From contig NC_045697.1 in the NCBI RefSeq assembly GCF_009834535.1, positions 113,462,001-113,526,000 of the forward strand: a DNA stretch of 64,000 nucleotides. The letters are read 5' to 3'. Below are positions 25,245 to 38,201 of the stretch, one piece after another. A program made the position numbers and the translations under genes. This stretch comes from Camelus ferus (Eukaryota). A model generated the notes under the pieces. That model was given only the letters and a program-made list of their open reading frames with translations. It searched no databases and was not told the origin of the DNA. Positions within the stretch are counted from its first letter, which is position 1. Each line of letters opens with the position of its first letter.

Positions 25245-25380
25245 ACCAGAGCAGGCTCTGGAAACAACTCATTCACAGTCACATTCTGCCTCTTCCCCTC
25301 AGGGGTTGAGTGATCTTGGGCAAGTCACTTACTCTCCTTGAGTTTAATCCTCTTCGCTGGAAAATTGAGATTAGGAGCCA
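25245..25380 (+). mobile_element. MIR fragment
   Basis: 'gtgatcttgggcaagtcacttactctccttgagttt...ggaaaattgagatta'. Confidence 0.55.
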
Positions 25381-25399
25381 TGTATTTTTAGTGCTTGGA

Positions 25400-26065
25400 T
25401 GTATCAGGTGGGTTACCAGAAGGAGACAGAGGATACACTCAAAAAGTCCACTACGTGCAAGAATAAGATAGTCACACTTTTTTCTCAATGTGTCTGAATT
25501 ATTAGAACAGTTCTGTCTTCTCACATGTTAACCATTTCAGACTATGAAATAAGATCTCAAGCCATTGGTGATCAGACAAATTAAAAATGATTTAATTGTA
25601 CAACATGGGGAATATAGCCAATATTTTGTCATAACTGTAAAAGAAAAGTAACCTTTAAAAATATATATAAAATAAAAGATTTTTAAAAATTAAAAAAAAA
25701 TTAACTACAGGTGGCTTAGTGAAGGAACTGTTTTCAGAACAACAGGCAGAGGAATCCACAGGGATGCGAGGCACTCAGGGTGTAGCAGTGGCACTAAAGC
25801 ATCAGCACCCTCTGCCTAAAAGGGCTGGGCGGGACCTCTGGGCCTTGACAGAGGAATGTGGCGTCTGCCAGGCTATGGTGGGGTAGAGAGAGAGTGGGGG
25901 AGAGAATCTTCCCTTCCTCTACTGTGCTCTGAGTTCCAGCTTCACCTCCTATTGGACTGAATTGACATGTGAACCTGAGTGACGCAGTTCCCTGTCCTGG
26001 GGCTCAGCAGGACAGGGGAAGGCAGAGTGGACCTAAGGGTGGACAGAGTGAGAACACGCATCACA
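25400..26065 (-). mobile_element. LTR40/41-like ERVL LTR, interrupted
   Basis: Starts 'tgtatcaggtgggttaccagaaggagacagaggatacactcaaa', resumes after 25700 and ends 'gggaaggcagagtggacct...catcaca'. Confidence 0.5.
25595..25700 (+). mobile_element. Short LINE-1 3' end with A tail
   Basis: 'gtacaacatggggaatatagccaatattttgtcataactgtaaa...gtaacctttaaaa' is the reverse complement of the L1 end at about 61330-61400. Confidence 0.75.
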
Positions 26066-26924
26066 GTCACTGGACTATAGACTGCACATTAAATATCCCG
26101 TCCACAACAGGAAGGACGAAACCATCTCCTAACCCCTATGTCTTCGATGTGGTCCAATCTTTCTGAAAATCTTTAATAAATCTCATACATGTGCGTTGAT
26201 CTCATACGGTATATTTTAGCCTCAGTGAAAATCAAGATAAGGGGCTCAGTGTCAAGTTTGAGTTAATGCGAGAGAAGCAATAAATAAACAACTGCAAGAC
26301 ATAGAAGAGAAAATACGACAGCAGAGTCAGGAAGCCAAAGCCAGAGGAGGACACAGGACCCCGAGGGAGTCAGAGACTATTTTGGAAGAACATTGTTGGG
26401 ATTTTCTGCAAAAAGTGAAAAGAAAATTTGTTGAGGCACCTCATCTTGGTCATTACAAGCAACAGGAAAATAATTGCTAACTAGATTATAAACAAATGAC
26501 AGTAATCAGAAGTGTGTATTTAGGATACTAAATTATTCTATAGTTTTGTGAAGGAATGAAAAAATATGTGCTGTTTCAACCTCTCTAGGGAGCCACAGTC
26601 CCTGCCACGAAGAGTTAACAAAGAGAATGACATGAATTAAAGTACTATAGTATGGTGGGTGGGTGGAGAACATGGAGAACACTGAGGTCTAGCTTGCAGA
26701 CAAATGGAAGGGGCAAGCTGAGTCAAGAGCAAAGCAGAGTAATCTGGGAGGGTAATCAAGTCTTACTGAGATCAGAACTTTCAGGGGGGCTGAAGGAAGG
26801 CAGGAGAATGTCCCAGCATGTGCCCCAGAGCCAGCTGCATGTAACCGGCCAGCATTCTGCCGTGGGCACAGCACTGTCGAGAACTGGGAAGCTCCTGAGA
26901 GTCTTCCCTCCTTGGAAGCTGAGA

Positions 26925-27307
26925 AGGTGGACAGCAACAATGTCATTGATGCTGGTGGAAGACACAAGACTTCCAGGTCAGGCACAAAGGACTTTATCAC
27001 TGAGGGCCAGCAGCATCAGCATACTTGTGTCCATTTTCTTTGGCCTCCAGCCTCACAGGGTGATAGGAATCAGCCTAGTGGGTGTCAACTCAAAACTCGG
27101 TGTGTTGAACTTGGGAAAAACCCATTTCTTATAATGGGAGAAGCACGCTTAGCCTTTGTTCCAGAGGGAGATACTGTCTCTGTCTTCCAAGGCTGTTCAC
27201 TAGATAAACACCCATGACAGTTTTCTATAACAAAGGACAGTCAATGAATGCCTCACTAACAAGCCATGTGGGAACACAAGAGGTCCACAGAGACATGTAT
27301 CCCAACA
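26925..27307 (-). mobile_element. MER73/MER74-like ERVL LTR
   Basis: 'cctttgttccagagggagatactgtctctgtcttccaaggctgttcac...tcccaaca' is the antisense of the MER74-type 5' end. Confidence 0.7.
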
Positions 27308-29772
27308 GTTGACACAGTCCATGGTGAAACTCAGATGTGTGAGACCAGCAGTACGTGGTATTTTGACAACAGTGTGTGTCACAATTGTAAACGCTCATAA
27401 ATCTGGTATATGCAGATGTTATTATCAACACCGGGTATGGGAGATAATTGTCTATAATAATTTTCCATTGGTCTTACAGGATTTAGATATTCTTTTCTGC
27501 AGGTGCAAATTGAAAGAAAAGACTAAAGAAGACTGACAGTCGCAAGGAATCATTGACTTATTACCACTGACTGCTTTCACTTCAGTTAAAGAGGCATTTT
27601 GGGGAAAATTGTGGAGTCTGTAACTGTAAGACTTTGGGCCCAAATCCCAGGACTGTTTTCTGAAGGACTTTGTTGGGATTCAGATAGCGCCTCCTTTACT
27701 TTAAACCGGCCCAATTTTCCAAAGGCCGGTGATCCATTCTAAGCTGATGTCAAACCACGTCACCCCAGACCTTCAGAGAAAGGTGCTCACAGGTTAAAAG
27801 ACTCCAAGTGGAATCACAGAATAAACCCCAAATGAACAGAAACCTGAGAAGGTGATGACACAGCCTCTATAGATGAACACAAAGCCTCTTTCCAAGAGTT
27901 ACCAGTTGCCAGGCTGTTCTTTGAGATTCTTACACTGGTTTAGAAAATCACCTTAGTCATCAACTCCAGGACAATTCACCTAAAGAATCGAATTAATGAC
28001 CTTTTTTTGGGGGAAAAAAAAAACCCCTCTAGTCCATCAGGCCCATGTTTTTAGAGAGCATGATTTAGAGCTGTTCACTCAGGTAGTGACTTTTTCACTT
28101 GGTGACAGTTACTCTGTATCGTTCCTTCAACACTGAGGCGTAAGGTCATTTATCATTTTTCTGCTATGTGGCTAAACTGCATAGTAGAAATTGGTTCCCT
28201 GATTAGCTTATCAGCCTACTCCCTCCAGGCATTTGCGTTTACAAGCCCTGCTTTAACCTGTTTCTTGACTCTGAAAGGTAGTCACTGGTCCTACAGCGCA
28301 GTCTGTGTGGTTGGGATTGGGCCAATCCTTGACCTCCTGCTAGACAAGGAAATGAGCCTCTTCCTGGCTTCCAGCCTCAGGGATGGAATGGAGGCTCTGT
28401 GCTGGTTACAGAGAGGGCGCAACTCCATCGGCAGTTCTGTTGAAGAAGCTAAGGTTCTTCCAACAGCATTCTTGGCTTTTCATCATTTTGCAAGAGTTAA
28501 GCACTTTTGTCACAAAGAAGAAAACATTCTCCCTGGCTCAGACTCAGTGTTTAACTACTGAATGAAAACCTTAAGAATCCTTCTGACATTACTGATACTT
28601 TTTGGTCTTATCTTCCCATGTTTTTCTACACTTTTGATGTAATAACAGCCATGGTTCTATGGGTAGCATTCTGCTGCTCCATGGAGTGAGTGGGACCCTT
28701 GGGATGGAGCCTAGACTATGTCACTAGCTGTCCACCTACGTCACATCTGTCCTTGGCCCTGAACCCGTGAGCCATTCGAGGCACATTAGATCAATGCCAT
28801 TACCCTTAGTTCACGAAATGCTTGTCCACATCAAAGTGCCTTGTTCTAACCTCCCACTGACATGTCAGCGCTCCTCAGCTGATTCTAAGTTTTGGGTACA
28901 GAGTGTGAATTAATCTAGAACAGAAGGTACAATATTTTAGAAATAAAGTCTGCAATATTTATTTCACAGTAGTTGTTTATCAAGATGAGACAAAGAGGAA
29001 AGCTGTGTTGTTATGACTCATGGTGCCAGCGTAGTGCAGCTTAAAATAATCCTTAGATATAACAACACAGCAAGAGAATCAGAGGCATGTGGCTCTATTA
29101 AACAGTCAAGCTTTAATCTGAGTACTAGAGTAGTTACTATTGAAAAATATCCATGTATAAGTGCACCACACAGTTCCAACACACTTTGCTCAACCCGGTG
29201 TTGATATACCAGATTTATGATAGAGTGTGTGGTTGTGACACACACTCAGCTGTAAAAAAGGAAGCACTGTCTCCTAATGCTGCAGCACCTTAAAACAATG
29301 CATGAATATTAACCCAATCTTGGGGGTGTGTATGGGTGGATCGACTAAAATATAGACTATGTGATGTATAGGAAATGCACTTTGGGGAAGTCTGGTTAAC
29401 CTCTTAAATATAAAGATAGCATGGCGATATGTGGTGATGACAGTTATCCAAGCAAGAATAAATACAATAATTCTAGTAGGCAAGAGAGGGCTTAAATATT
29501 CACCCTGCTCCCCTAGAGGGGTTAAATCTGAGATGATTGCCACTGCATTTAGATGATCTGTTGGGGATGAACTGACACATTGTAACATACATTGGGTGAA
29601 GACAAGGGTCAGTAACAGTCCTTTGTTGCAGTGGATGGATAGAAGCATGACATAGGTAGTAGGTACCCCAGAAAGAGGAGACAAAAATTAATTTTAGATA
29701 TAACCCTTTAAAAGGTGACAAATGCAGATGATTTACATTGTGGTTGCTGAGAGACAGCTGAGTTAATCTTCG

Positions 29773-30289
29773 TGTAATAGGGAAGGACAAATCTGACTCC
29801 GTATGAGATCTGCTCCTTTAGCTCTAACCCTGGGCTCTGTTTCCTGTGCTCAGTCATGATGGTTCTGCACCTTTTGTAAAAGAATGTTGCCTAGAGCCTG
29901 AAATATATAGGAGAGCCCATTCTCAAGGCTGTGACCTTTAAGGGTACAACATAGTTCCATTCATATAAAGATAAAAAGTTGCAGAACAGAGAAAGACATT
30001 TGTCTTGCTGGAAGTTTGCAGGAACATCCTAACCTGACTTACTGGACAGCTGCAATAAAAAAGGACTCCAATACCAAGATGTTTGCAACCACCAACCACA
30101 CCCTCCTCCCCTTTTTAGTATAAAAGGAGGCTGAATTCTGATTTGGGGAAGATGGTTCTCCAGGACATTAGTCTGAGATCTTCTCCATCTGCCGGCTTTT
30201 CAAATAAAGTCATTATTCCTTGCCCCAAAACCTCATCTCATTTATTGGCCTGTTGTATGGCGAGTAGAATGAGTTTGGACTTAGCAACA
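29773..30289 (+). mobile_element. ERV1-type solo LTR
   Basis: TG...CA termini (tgtaatagg...agcaaca), TATAAAA at 30119-30125 and AATAAA at 30203-30208. Confidence 0.85.
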
Positions 30290-31319
30290 CTCATAGGTGG
30301 CAACTCAGTCAAGCCTAACTCAGAGTTGGTAGTCATAGGTCTTTATTTAGTGAATAATGGTTAATGTTTTGAGCCTAAGGTCAACCAGCTCTTTTATTTT
30401 ATTTTAGGTAAAAGAAGAAAGATGATGTGGGGCTCAGAGCAGGGTGCTGGGATACAGGAGCTGTTGGATCCTTATAAAGCTGTTGTGTTTGGAGATCATC
30501 ATGGAAGACACACATGATGGAGAGTTTTGAAGGAAGGAAGGTTGATGTCAGTACCAAACAATAATTCATTTCAGGAGAAACTCAATTCTCAGTGCTTCAG
30601 AAAGTTAAGAGGGTTATGTGTGGAAATTATGACTCTCTCATAAACAGAAAAATACCACCAGATAAGAGAGAGACTAAAAATGGATGTTAAAAACCCTTGA
30701 CAGATGACTTAAATATCACATAAGCCATGATTTTCCTAAAATTGTGAGTGCTGAAATGGTCAGATTTATGGATGAAGAAACTGATTCTGTAAGTGTGCAG
30801 AAAAATTTAGATATATAAGAAGACATTTATTAAGAATACGTGCACATGTGATTTCATTTTAAGTGGAGCCCATGGGAGGAAGTTTATTTTCCCCTCCCAA
30901 GTATTTTCAAGGAAAGAGTTGTCTCAGGGATAGAGTGAGGACAAGAGCTGGGGAACCACCGTCTAACTATAAAAGTGCAGAAGCAAGGGGATGCTGGAAG
31001 AGAGGTAAAGATTGGGAGGGATAAATAAATACGTAGTTTCAATTTTGTTTGATTTTAAGAGGCTTTGGAGAATTCAAGTGGATATACATACAAATGAAGA
31101 CACTTTGAATAAAGATCTTGTCTTTTGTACTTTGAGAATATTGTTCAGTTAACAGAAGCATGTGCCAATTTAAGAACATGTTTGATTACATCTCTCATAT
31201 GATATACTGCTTTTCTTTCTTAATGTTTCTCTTGCATTATAAGGGTTGTTAAATTGCCATCACTGATGACAACATAGTCAGTGTTTTGGGCATAATAAGG
31301 TCAATGAATGCCAGCACTG

Positions 31320-31510
31320 ATGATAAAAATAACTGTCATTTGCTTAGTGCTTATTCTGTCTAGATCCTGTTTGGTTTTTTCTTTTCTTTAATGTCATTTA
31401 GTTCATAGAGAAAACATACAGAACATTTACTGAGGCTTCAAGAGGCTGAATTATTGCTTTAGGGTGTCCAGCTAACAAATCCTGGTTCAAGAGTACAGCC
31501 CATGTTTGAT
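31320..31510 (-). mobile_element. MIR fragment
   Basis: 'catttgcttagtgcttattctgtc...actgaggcttcaagaggctgaattattgc'. Confidence 0.45.
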
Positions 31511-32240
31511 ATCTACATTACACTGCTCTGAGTTTGGACATATTATCAAATCCTCTTTTAATGTCTTTCAATGTGATGAGAAATTAAATTCCTGAAAAAA
31601 TTACATCTGCAGCTATTACTGATCAGATACTTATTTGCTGTGTCCTCTACCAACTCTTTATACCCTCTACTTTACGTAACTCTGCTGGGTATAAAAAATG
31701 TCCTGAGGAGAACACTGAATCCAGCAGCGATACTGTGTAGCCAGATTACCAGAACCTTGAATATGACAGAGTAAAGGCAGCACCCTGGTTAAAGGGTGGA
31801 TTTGGTCCAACCAAAGACACCATATCTATTCATTAGAAAAGTGAGGGGGGAATGATAGCATTTTATTCATATTGCATTTGGATCACTTAACTGTACAATT
31901 TCCATAATTACCCCTCAATTAGAAAGATTTTCTATGGAAAACCATAATGTTCTTTAAGTCTTATAATATAATGAAACACACAAAGTTCAAAACCTTTGAA
32001 TACTAGCTGTTGAGCCATTGAAGTACTCCTTTCTGTATTCTAAACATGCTTAGCTTTCACATTTAAAAAAAATACATCATTAGAATATTCACAATTCTAA
32101 CATAAACACTCTGGGCATTTGTGAGAAACAAGCTAATTTTTTTTTTTTTAATTTGGTAGGTTTACCTTTATCTATTTTAAATATTCATTACTTTTATACA
32201 TTTCTATGGGGAAAGACTGAATCATAGGAATTCTGATTTA

Positions 32241-32390
32241 GTGGTAATCAGCTCAGTGGTAATTGGTGCTTAGCATGCAGGAGATCCTGGGTTCAATCCC
32301 CAGTACCTCCATTAAGATCAAATAAATAAATAAATCTAATTTTCTTCCCCTGAAAAAGATACAAAAAAATAAATAATTTAAAAATAATTC
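32241..32390 (+). mobile_element. tRNA-derived SINE (Vic-like)
   Basis: 'agctcagtggta...tgcttagcatgcaggagatcctgggttcaatccccagtacctccatt' followed by an A-rich tail. Confidence 0.9.
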
Positions 32391-33399
32391 AGTTAAAAAA
32401 TAAAGTTTATTTTCCAGTTAGCTAAGGCATATTTGAATATAGCAGAACAGTCTATAGCAAAGACTTGCTTCAATAATTCCATGGTTTACAGATGAATAAA
32501 TCACCATTTAATTTTTTGTGATGATTGTTTTCAGATAAAAGTCCCAAACACTGTATTTTTATAGTTTTACTTAATTACCTGACATTATACATGTTATAAT
32601 AGAATCCCTCTGTCTATCAGGAGTAGGGGTTGTAGGTTGAGTAATTGAAAATGTATGTTTAAAGCAGAAAATCATTTAAAGATAATGAGTTAGGCTTTAC
32701 TATTTTATTTTAATTAAAAAATAATAATTGCACATGTATTTACCAATGCTTTGATTTTGGCCTGAGCCTTTTATCTGAATACAGGTCTGCTGACTGGATT
32801 TCTTCTCATCTTTCTTGCTCTGCCCACACCTTAGGTGTATTTAGTTCAGTTGACTTAGAAGTGGACACTCTACTGCAAGAGACTCACAAAGCAATATGAG
32901 TAAAGCATCTTTCTAGATTTTCCCCCTCTCCTAGCCTTTAAAATCATCTTCACCTAATTAAACAGTATTTTTAAACCAAATTACTTTCATTAATTTTTCC
33001 CAAAGGATTTCAATTGGTTTTCTTATAAACAGTAGTTTTCTTTTTGAAAACACACTTGTTTACATAATATATGTTTGGGTTGCATAATAAATCAATACAA
33101 AATAAAATGATCAATGAATAAAATTAGTATAAGAGATCTGTGAAGGAGACAAGTGGCAATTGGCCCACATCCCACCTAACAGGTAGTTGAGCCTGAGAGA
33201 ACTAAGGTGAGCCCTGTTTCCAAGGGAATAGGGAGGAGGGGGCTGTATTAATCTGGTTGGCTGCCTGGATGAGATTAGATTAGGAGTTTTTAGTTTATCA
33301 TATTAGGTGGGATCCATGTGGGGGTGATGCAGGGATGCTCACACTTTAGATGCCTGAGTCATTGTAATATCTTCAAACCACTCCACTGCCTTCTCTGTT

Positions 33400-34716
33400 T
33401 CTGCTTCAGTCTGTGCCTGAGAAGGGACTATCAGACCATGCTGCTCTACTCTGTACATCCAGGGGTCTCCATCTCACCCAGAGAAAAAGCTGAAGTCATA
33501 AACCAATCTCTGACTTTTGACATGATCTGGTTTCTTTCTATCTCTCCTCTTTGTTCACTTCTCTCTGGCTGCACTGACCCACTTGTCCTCACACACTCAA
33601 ACATGCCCCTGCCTCTGGGCCTTTGTACCTGCTCTGCTCACCTACATTTCTTTCAAATTTGTAGTCAAGTGATGATGGCTTGTCACTGAAGATGCTCCTG
33701 GACCCTTGACCTAAAATGACACCCCTTTTCCTATCCCTAAATGATTCCTAGCTCTTCCTTATTGGATTTTACTTCTCAACACTTACTAGGATCTAACACA
33801 TTCCGTACTTCACTGAAGTTTCTGTCCATTGTCTGTCTTTTGTCCATTGTAGAGGTATAAATCACTAAGTTTTCAATTTTGATTGCTTTGCAGATAAAAA
33901 TTTCAAAGCAATTAATTTTTATAACTTTATTTAATTTTTTAAAATATATATTTATTGAACTACAGTCACTTTACAATTTTGTGTCAATTTCTGGTGTATA
34001 GCACAATACTTCAGCCATACAGGAACATACATATATTTGTTTTCATGTTCTCTTTCACCATAAGTTACTACAAGATATTAAATACATCTCCCTGTGCTAT
34101 ACAGTATACAGTTGTTTTTTTTAATCTATTTTTCATATATTAGCTAGTATCTGCAAATCTCGAGCTCCCAGTTTGTCCCTTCCCACCCCCTTCCCCCCCG
34201 GTAACCATAGGTTTGTTTTCTATGTCTGTGAGTCTGTTTCTGTTTTGTAAATAAGTTCATTTCTCTCTTTTTTTTTTAGATTCCACATATAAGTGATATC
34301 ATATGGTATTTTTCTTTCTCTTTCTGGATTACTTCACTTCAAATAACATTCACCAGGTCCATCCATGTTGCTGCAAATGGCATTATTTTATTATTATTTT
34401 TTTTAATGGCTTAGTAGTCTTCCATTATAAAAATATACCACAACGTCTTTATCCAGTCATCTATTGATGGACATATAGGTTGTTTCCATGTCTTGGCTAT
34501 TGTAAATAGTGCTGCTATGAACACTGGGGTGCATATATCTTTTTAAATTAAGATTCCCTCTGGATATATGCCCAGGAGTGGGATTGCTGGATCATATAGT
34601 AACTGAACTCACACGTGTGTGTGTATTTTGTTAATTGTTTTCCCCAATATCTAGAATAATGCCCAGGACATAGTAGATATACAATAATATTTGAAGAGTG
34701 AATGAACAAATGAATT
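33400..34716 (+). mobile_element. L2 3' region split by an L1 insertion
   Basis: L2 motifs before 33860 ('cctgcctctgggcctttgtacctgct'). The L2 terminus follows 34615 ('tctagaataatgcccaggacatagtagat...aatatttgaagagtgaatgaa'). Confidence 0.65.
33915..34602 (-). mobile_element. 5'-truncated LINE-1 (ORF2 end, 3' UTR, tail)
   Basis: 'tccatccatgttgctgcaaatggcatt...ttggctattgtaaatagtgctgctatgaac...atatgcccaggagtgggattgctggatcat'. Confidence 0.93.
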
Positions 34717-35340
34717 AAATGGTAATTTATTAATCATGCCTATAGTTTGTACAGAATACATGAATTAATCTGCAATGAAAAACACACTTAATGAAAACTC
34801 ATGCTCTTCAGATAGATTCTGGAAGCTGGAATAAAATATATTATCCATCATAAATTTCTACACTTCAACTAGGCATTTCCTTCTGTTGGTCTCTGTCTTC
34901 TCAAATATTATCTTTCTTTTATCCCCAGTGAAAGGAAATGTTGTACCCCATGTGTTAAGAGAAAAGAATGGTGTTGTAATCAGCTATCATCACAACTTTG
35001 CAGTAAATATGATGAATGTGACTCAGGAAGTGTCTTGCCCACTTTGAGACTTTAAGTCCTCATTTCTGAAATGACCAAACATGGTGGATTAAATGATCCC
35101 AGTTAGGACAATCTTTGATTTTTTTTTTTTTTACTGTGATTTGCAGCACGATAATATTTTGGCTTCCTGTTTTCTAATTCTCTTCTTTAACTAATGAAAT
35201 ATATGAACACATATGTTAAGTAGGATTACTGATTATGTACAATTTTCTCTTCTACTTTTATCACCTGTCATATATTACCATGTTATTAAGCATCCTTTGT
35301 TTTTAATTATTGCATGATATACCTGTGTGTGACTATATCA

Positions 35341-35791
35341 ACTCAAAGCAATCTACAGATCTAATACCATCCCTATCAAATTACCTCGGACATTTTCCAC
35401 AGAACTAGAACAAATAATCTTAAAATTTATACGGAATCGCAAAAGACCCAGAAGCACCAAGGCAATCCTGAGGATACAGAACAGAGCTGGAGGAATAACC
35501 CTCCCAGACTTCAGACAGTACTACAGAGCTACAGTCATCAACACAGCATGGTACTGGCACAAACACAGACATATGGACCAATGGAACAGAATAGAGAGCC
35601 CAGAAATAAACCCACACACCTATAGTCAATTAATCTTTGACAATGGAGAAAAGACAGTCTCTTCAGCAAGTGGTACTGGGGAAGCTGGACAGTTACATGT
35701 AAATCAATGAAGTTGGAACACTCCCTCACCCCATACACAAAAATAAACCCAAAATGGCTTAAAGACTTAAACATAAGACAGGACACCATAA
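35341..35791 (+). mobile_element. LINE-1 ORF2 internal fragment (post-RT)
   Basis: Reads KAIYR.N.IPIKLP..F.TELEQ...[33 protein letters not shown]. Confidence 0.95.
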
Positions 35792-35885
35792 TCACCTTGT
35801 TGAGGACTCCATCTCTCACTTAGTCACATGAGGGTTAGGGCTTCAATATGTGGATTTGGATGGAGGACCCAATCCAGCCTATAGT
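35790..35885 (-). mobile_element. MLT1/MaLR LTR 5' fragment
   Basis: 'atcacc...catctc...agtcacatgagggttagggcttcaatatgtggatttgg'. Confidence 0.65.
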
Positions 35886-37469
35886 GGTTCCCATCACACT
35901 TTGTGGGATACACAGTGTTCTTTCTACAGGATTTGAGCTTGTGTAGCTACATCTCATTCATTATCTATTACAAGCCAGAGCTCAGGGGTCAGGACCACCA
36001 CATTGCACAACTCCAGTAAATACCATTCATGTAACATTACTAGGAAAATGATTCCACTAGAACCGTGGAGTTTACAAATTGCAGGGGTCTTGGTGCAGAG
36101 GGGCAAGGCAACATCACGACACCTGGAATACTGCTGACAATAGCTAGAACACCACTGACAAGTTCTGGAAATCCTTCATTGATGTATTCATCTCACCTTA
36201 ACTAAAGGAAGTAAATCCACGTGACCTAGAGCTGCTTTTCACACAGGATGTTTTAAGTACAGCGCCCACCACAGAGACTTCATACCAGAACATAAACAAC
36301 AGTGTCCTTTTCTGGTCTTAGTCCCACAGCTCTGTAGGTTAGGAGATAACATCTCAAAGTCTTGATGTTTTGACTCTTTATGTGTCCCAAGGTCGTCCTA
36401 CAGAACTACCACATCTAGTCTGCCAACCTCTTGGTCTCATCTTTCAGCAATCAACCTTGGGGTACTTTTTTCCCAGTAGTAATAAACCCACACACTTTAC
36501 TGTCTGTTACAGTCTCTTATCTTTCTCCCATGTGGCTGGATGCCTCTTACATAAAGCCATGCTCAATTCCGCCATGTCATCCCATCTGCCAATACACTCA
36601 TGGTACGCAGTATATATTCCCTCAAGTAAACAAGAATAAAAAAATCAGAACACAGCAAGACAAAACAAAAGACAGCATAAAAAGTCCAGCTAGCATATCA
36701 AAAGCCCAGGAAGTTCAGCAATTATGTATTGGTTTGTCTTGACCATTGGAATAAGCATCTGTGGCTGTTTTCCATCCAGTCACATAAACCAGCGTTCCCC
36801 ACTTGCAAAATCAAGCAGAAATAGAGTACAGCTAGTTGAAAAAGAGAGAAGGCTGGGCCTTTCCTCAGAGTCCCAAAGCAATCTAGAGCACAACCCACAG
36901 CACAGACAAACTAAATAACAACAATAACAATAAAAACAACAACAAAAGAAGCAGAAATTCTGCTGGAGTTCTTTTCCTCCCAGGCTAAAATCTGTTTTGC
37001 AAGCCTCTTCTCTTAAAATCTCACACTTCTCTCTCTTTCTTTCCTCTTTTCATTTTCTTTTTTAAACAAAACTATCTTTTGCAGTTGCTCACTCTTTGTA
37101 TGTTCTTTCAGATTTACTTTCCATAATTTTTACCCTTTTTAAAGGTAATATGGCATAGAAATGTGGAATATGGAATAGAAATAAAATAATGTTTGAATAC
37201 ACACATAGAGTTGAAAAATGAGTAATGAACCATGGCTGTCCCACCACGGGGGTGGAGAACACACACATGGCATGTAGCCTGGAGGCTCTGGGGAGCCACC
37301 GTCTGAACACATCTGCTTTTGTCTCTGGAGAACTTCAAACTCTGAACTGTGTGCTAATCATTCCCATTTTCTTTCTTCATATTTTTACATCTACACATTT
37401 ATTTTAAGCATTAATTTTTACCTCGCTTTAGTACACATTTGTTTAAAGGCTGTATACTTAGTCTGTCCA

Positions 37470-37640
37470 ATATACTATTTAGTTTGGAAAATTCATGTAA
37501 AAAGAGTTTTACTGTATATACTTGAGTCTTTCTTCTTTTGGTCACTGCTGTGTTCTTGAGACTCATCCAGGTTGCTGTGAGGAGCTTGCAATCATTTTCA
37601 CTTGTGTGATGTCGCTGCATTAGTTTACTACGTTTATTCT
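37470..37640 (-). mobile_element. Old L1 3' fragment (L1ME-type)
   Basis: 'tgttcttgagactcatccaggttgctgtg...tcattttcacttg'. Confidence 0.5.
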
Positions 37641-38074
37641 CTCAGCTCTCTTTAGCCAGGGGCACCATCGGGGAGACTGGACTCCAAGCTTTGAGGATGT
37701 GGAGTCAAAAAGGAACTGGTCTCATCTTGGTGCTTCTCTATTGACCTAAGCCTGTTGATGTATCACAGATAATGTTAAAACTGAATGACATATAGTTTGG
37801 GAGACATGCTGAAGCCATTTAATCCTATTCCTGTTGGGCACATAGAACCTACAGCCTTATACCACAGATTACGATTTCACCAGATGATAAGGGACCATTC
37901 CACTCCCAAGTGGAGGTCCCGCCCCTGACACACAATGGCAAAACTAGTGGTCATCACAAGGAGAGGACAGCCATGCTCTGCAACAAAGGGCTTTCGTTGT
38001 CAGCAGAAACCATGGATTGAGGCCATTACAAGAAGACAAATAGGAGACTTGTGAGTTTCCATTGCTAGAACCCA

Positions 38075-38201
38075 GGAGGGAGGGTATAGCTGAAGGAGGG
38101 AGGGTATAGCTCAGTGGTAGAGCACCGTGCTTAGCACGCACGAGGTCCTGGGTTCAATCCCCAGGACCTCCATTAAAAAATAAATAAGTAAATAAATGAA
38201 C
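38075..38201 (+). mobile_element. tRNA-derived SINE (Vic-like) with duplicated 5' head
   Basis: Intact A and B boxes and an A-rich tail. The 16-bp TSD CCATT(G/A)CTAGAACCCA is at 38059-38074 and 38202-38217. Confidence 0.95.

Noticed and set aside
26652..27134. Longest ORF in the window (160 aa)
   Set aside because: It runs into an antisense MER74-like LTR and shows no protein family resemblance.
27705..27730. Inverted repeat ACCGGCC...GGCCGGT
   Set aside because: A 7-bp stem is expected by chance in 64 kb.
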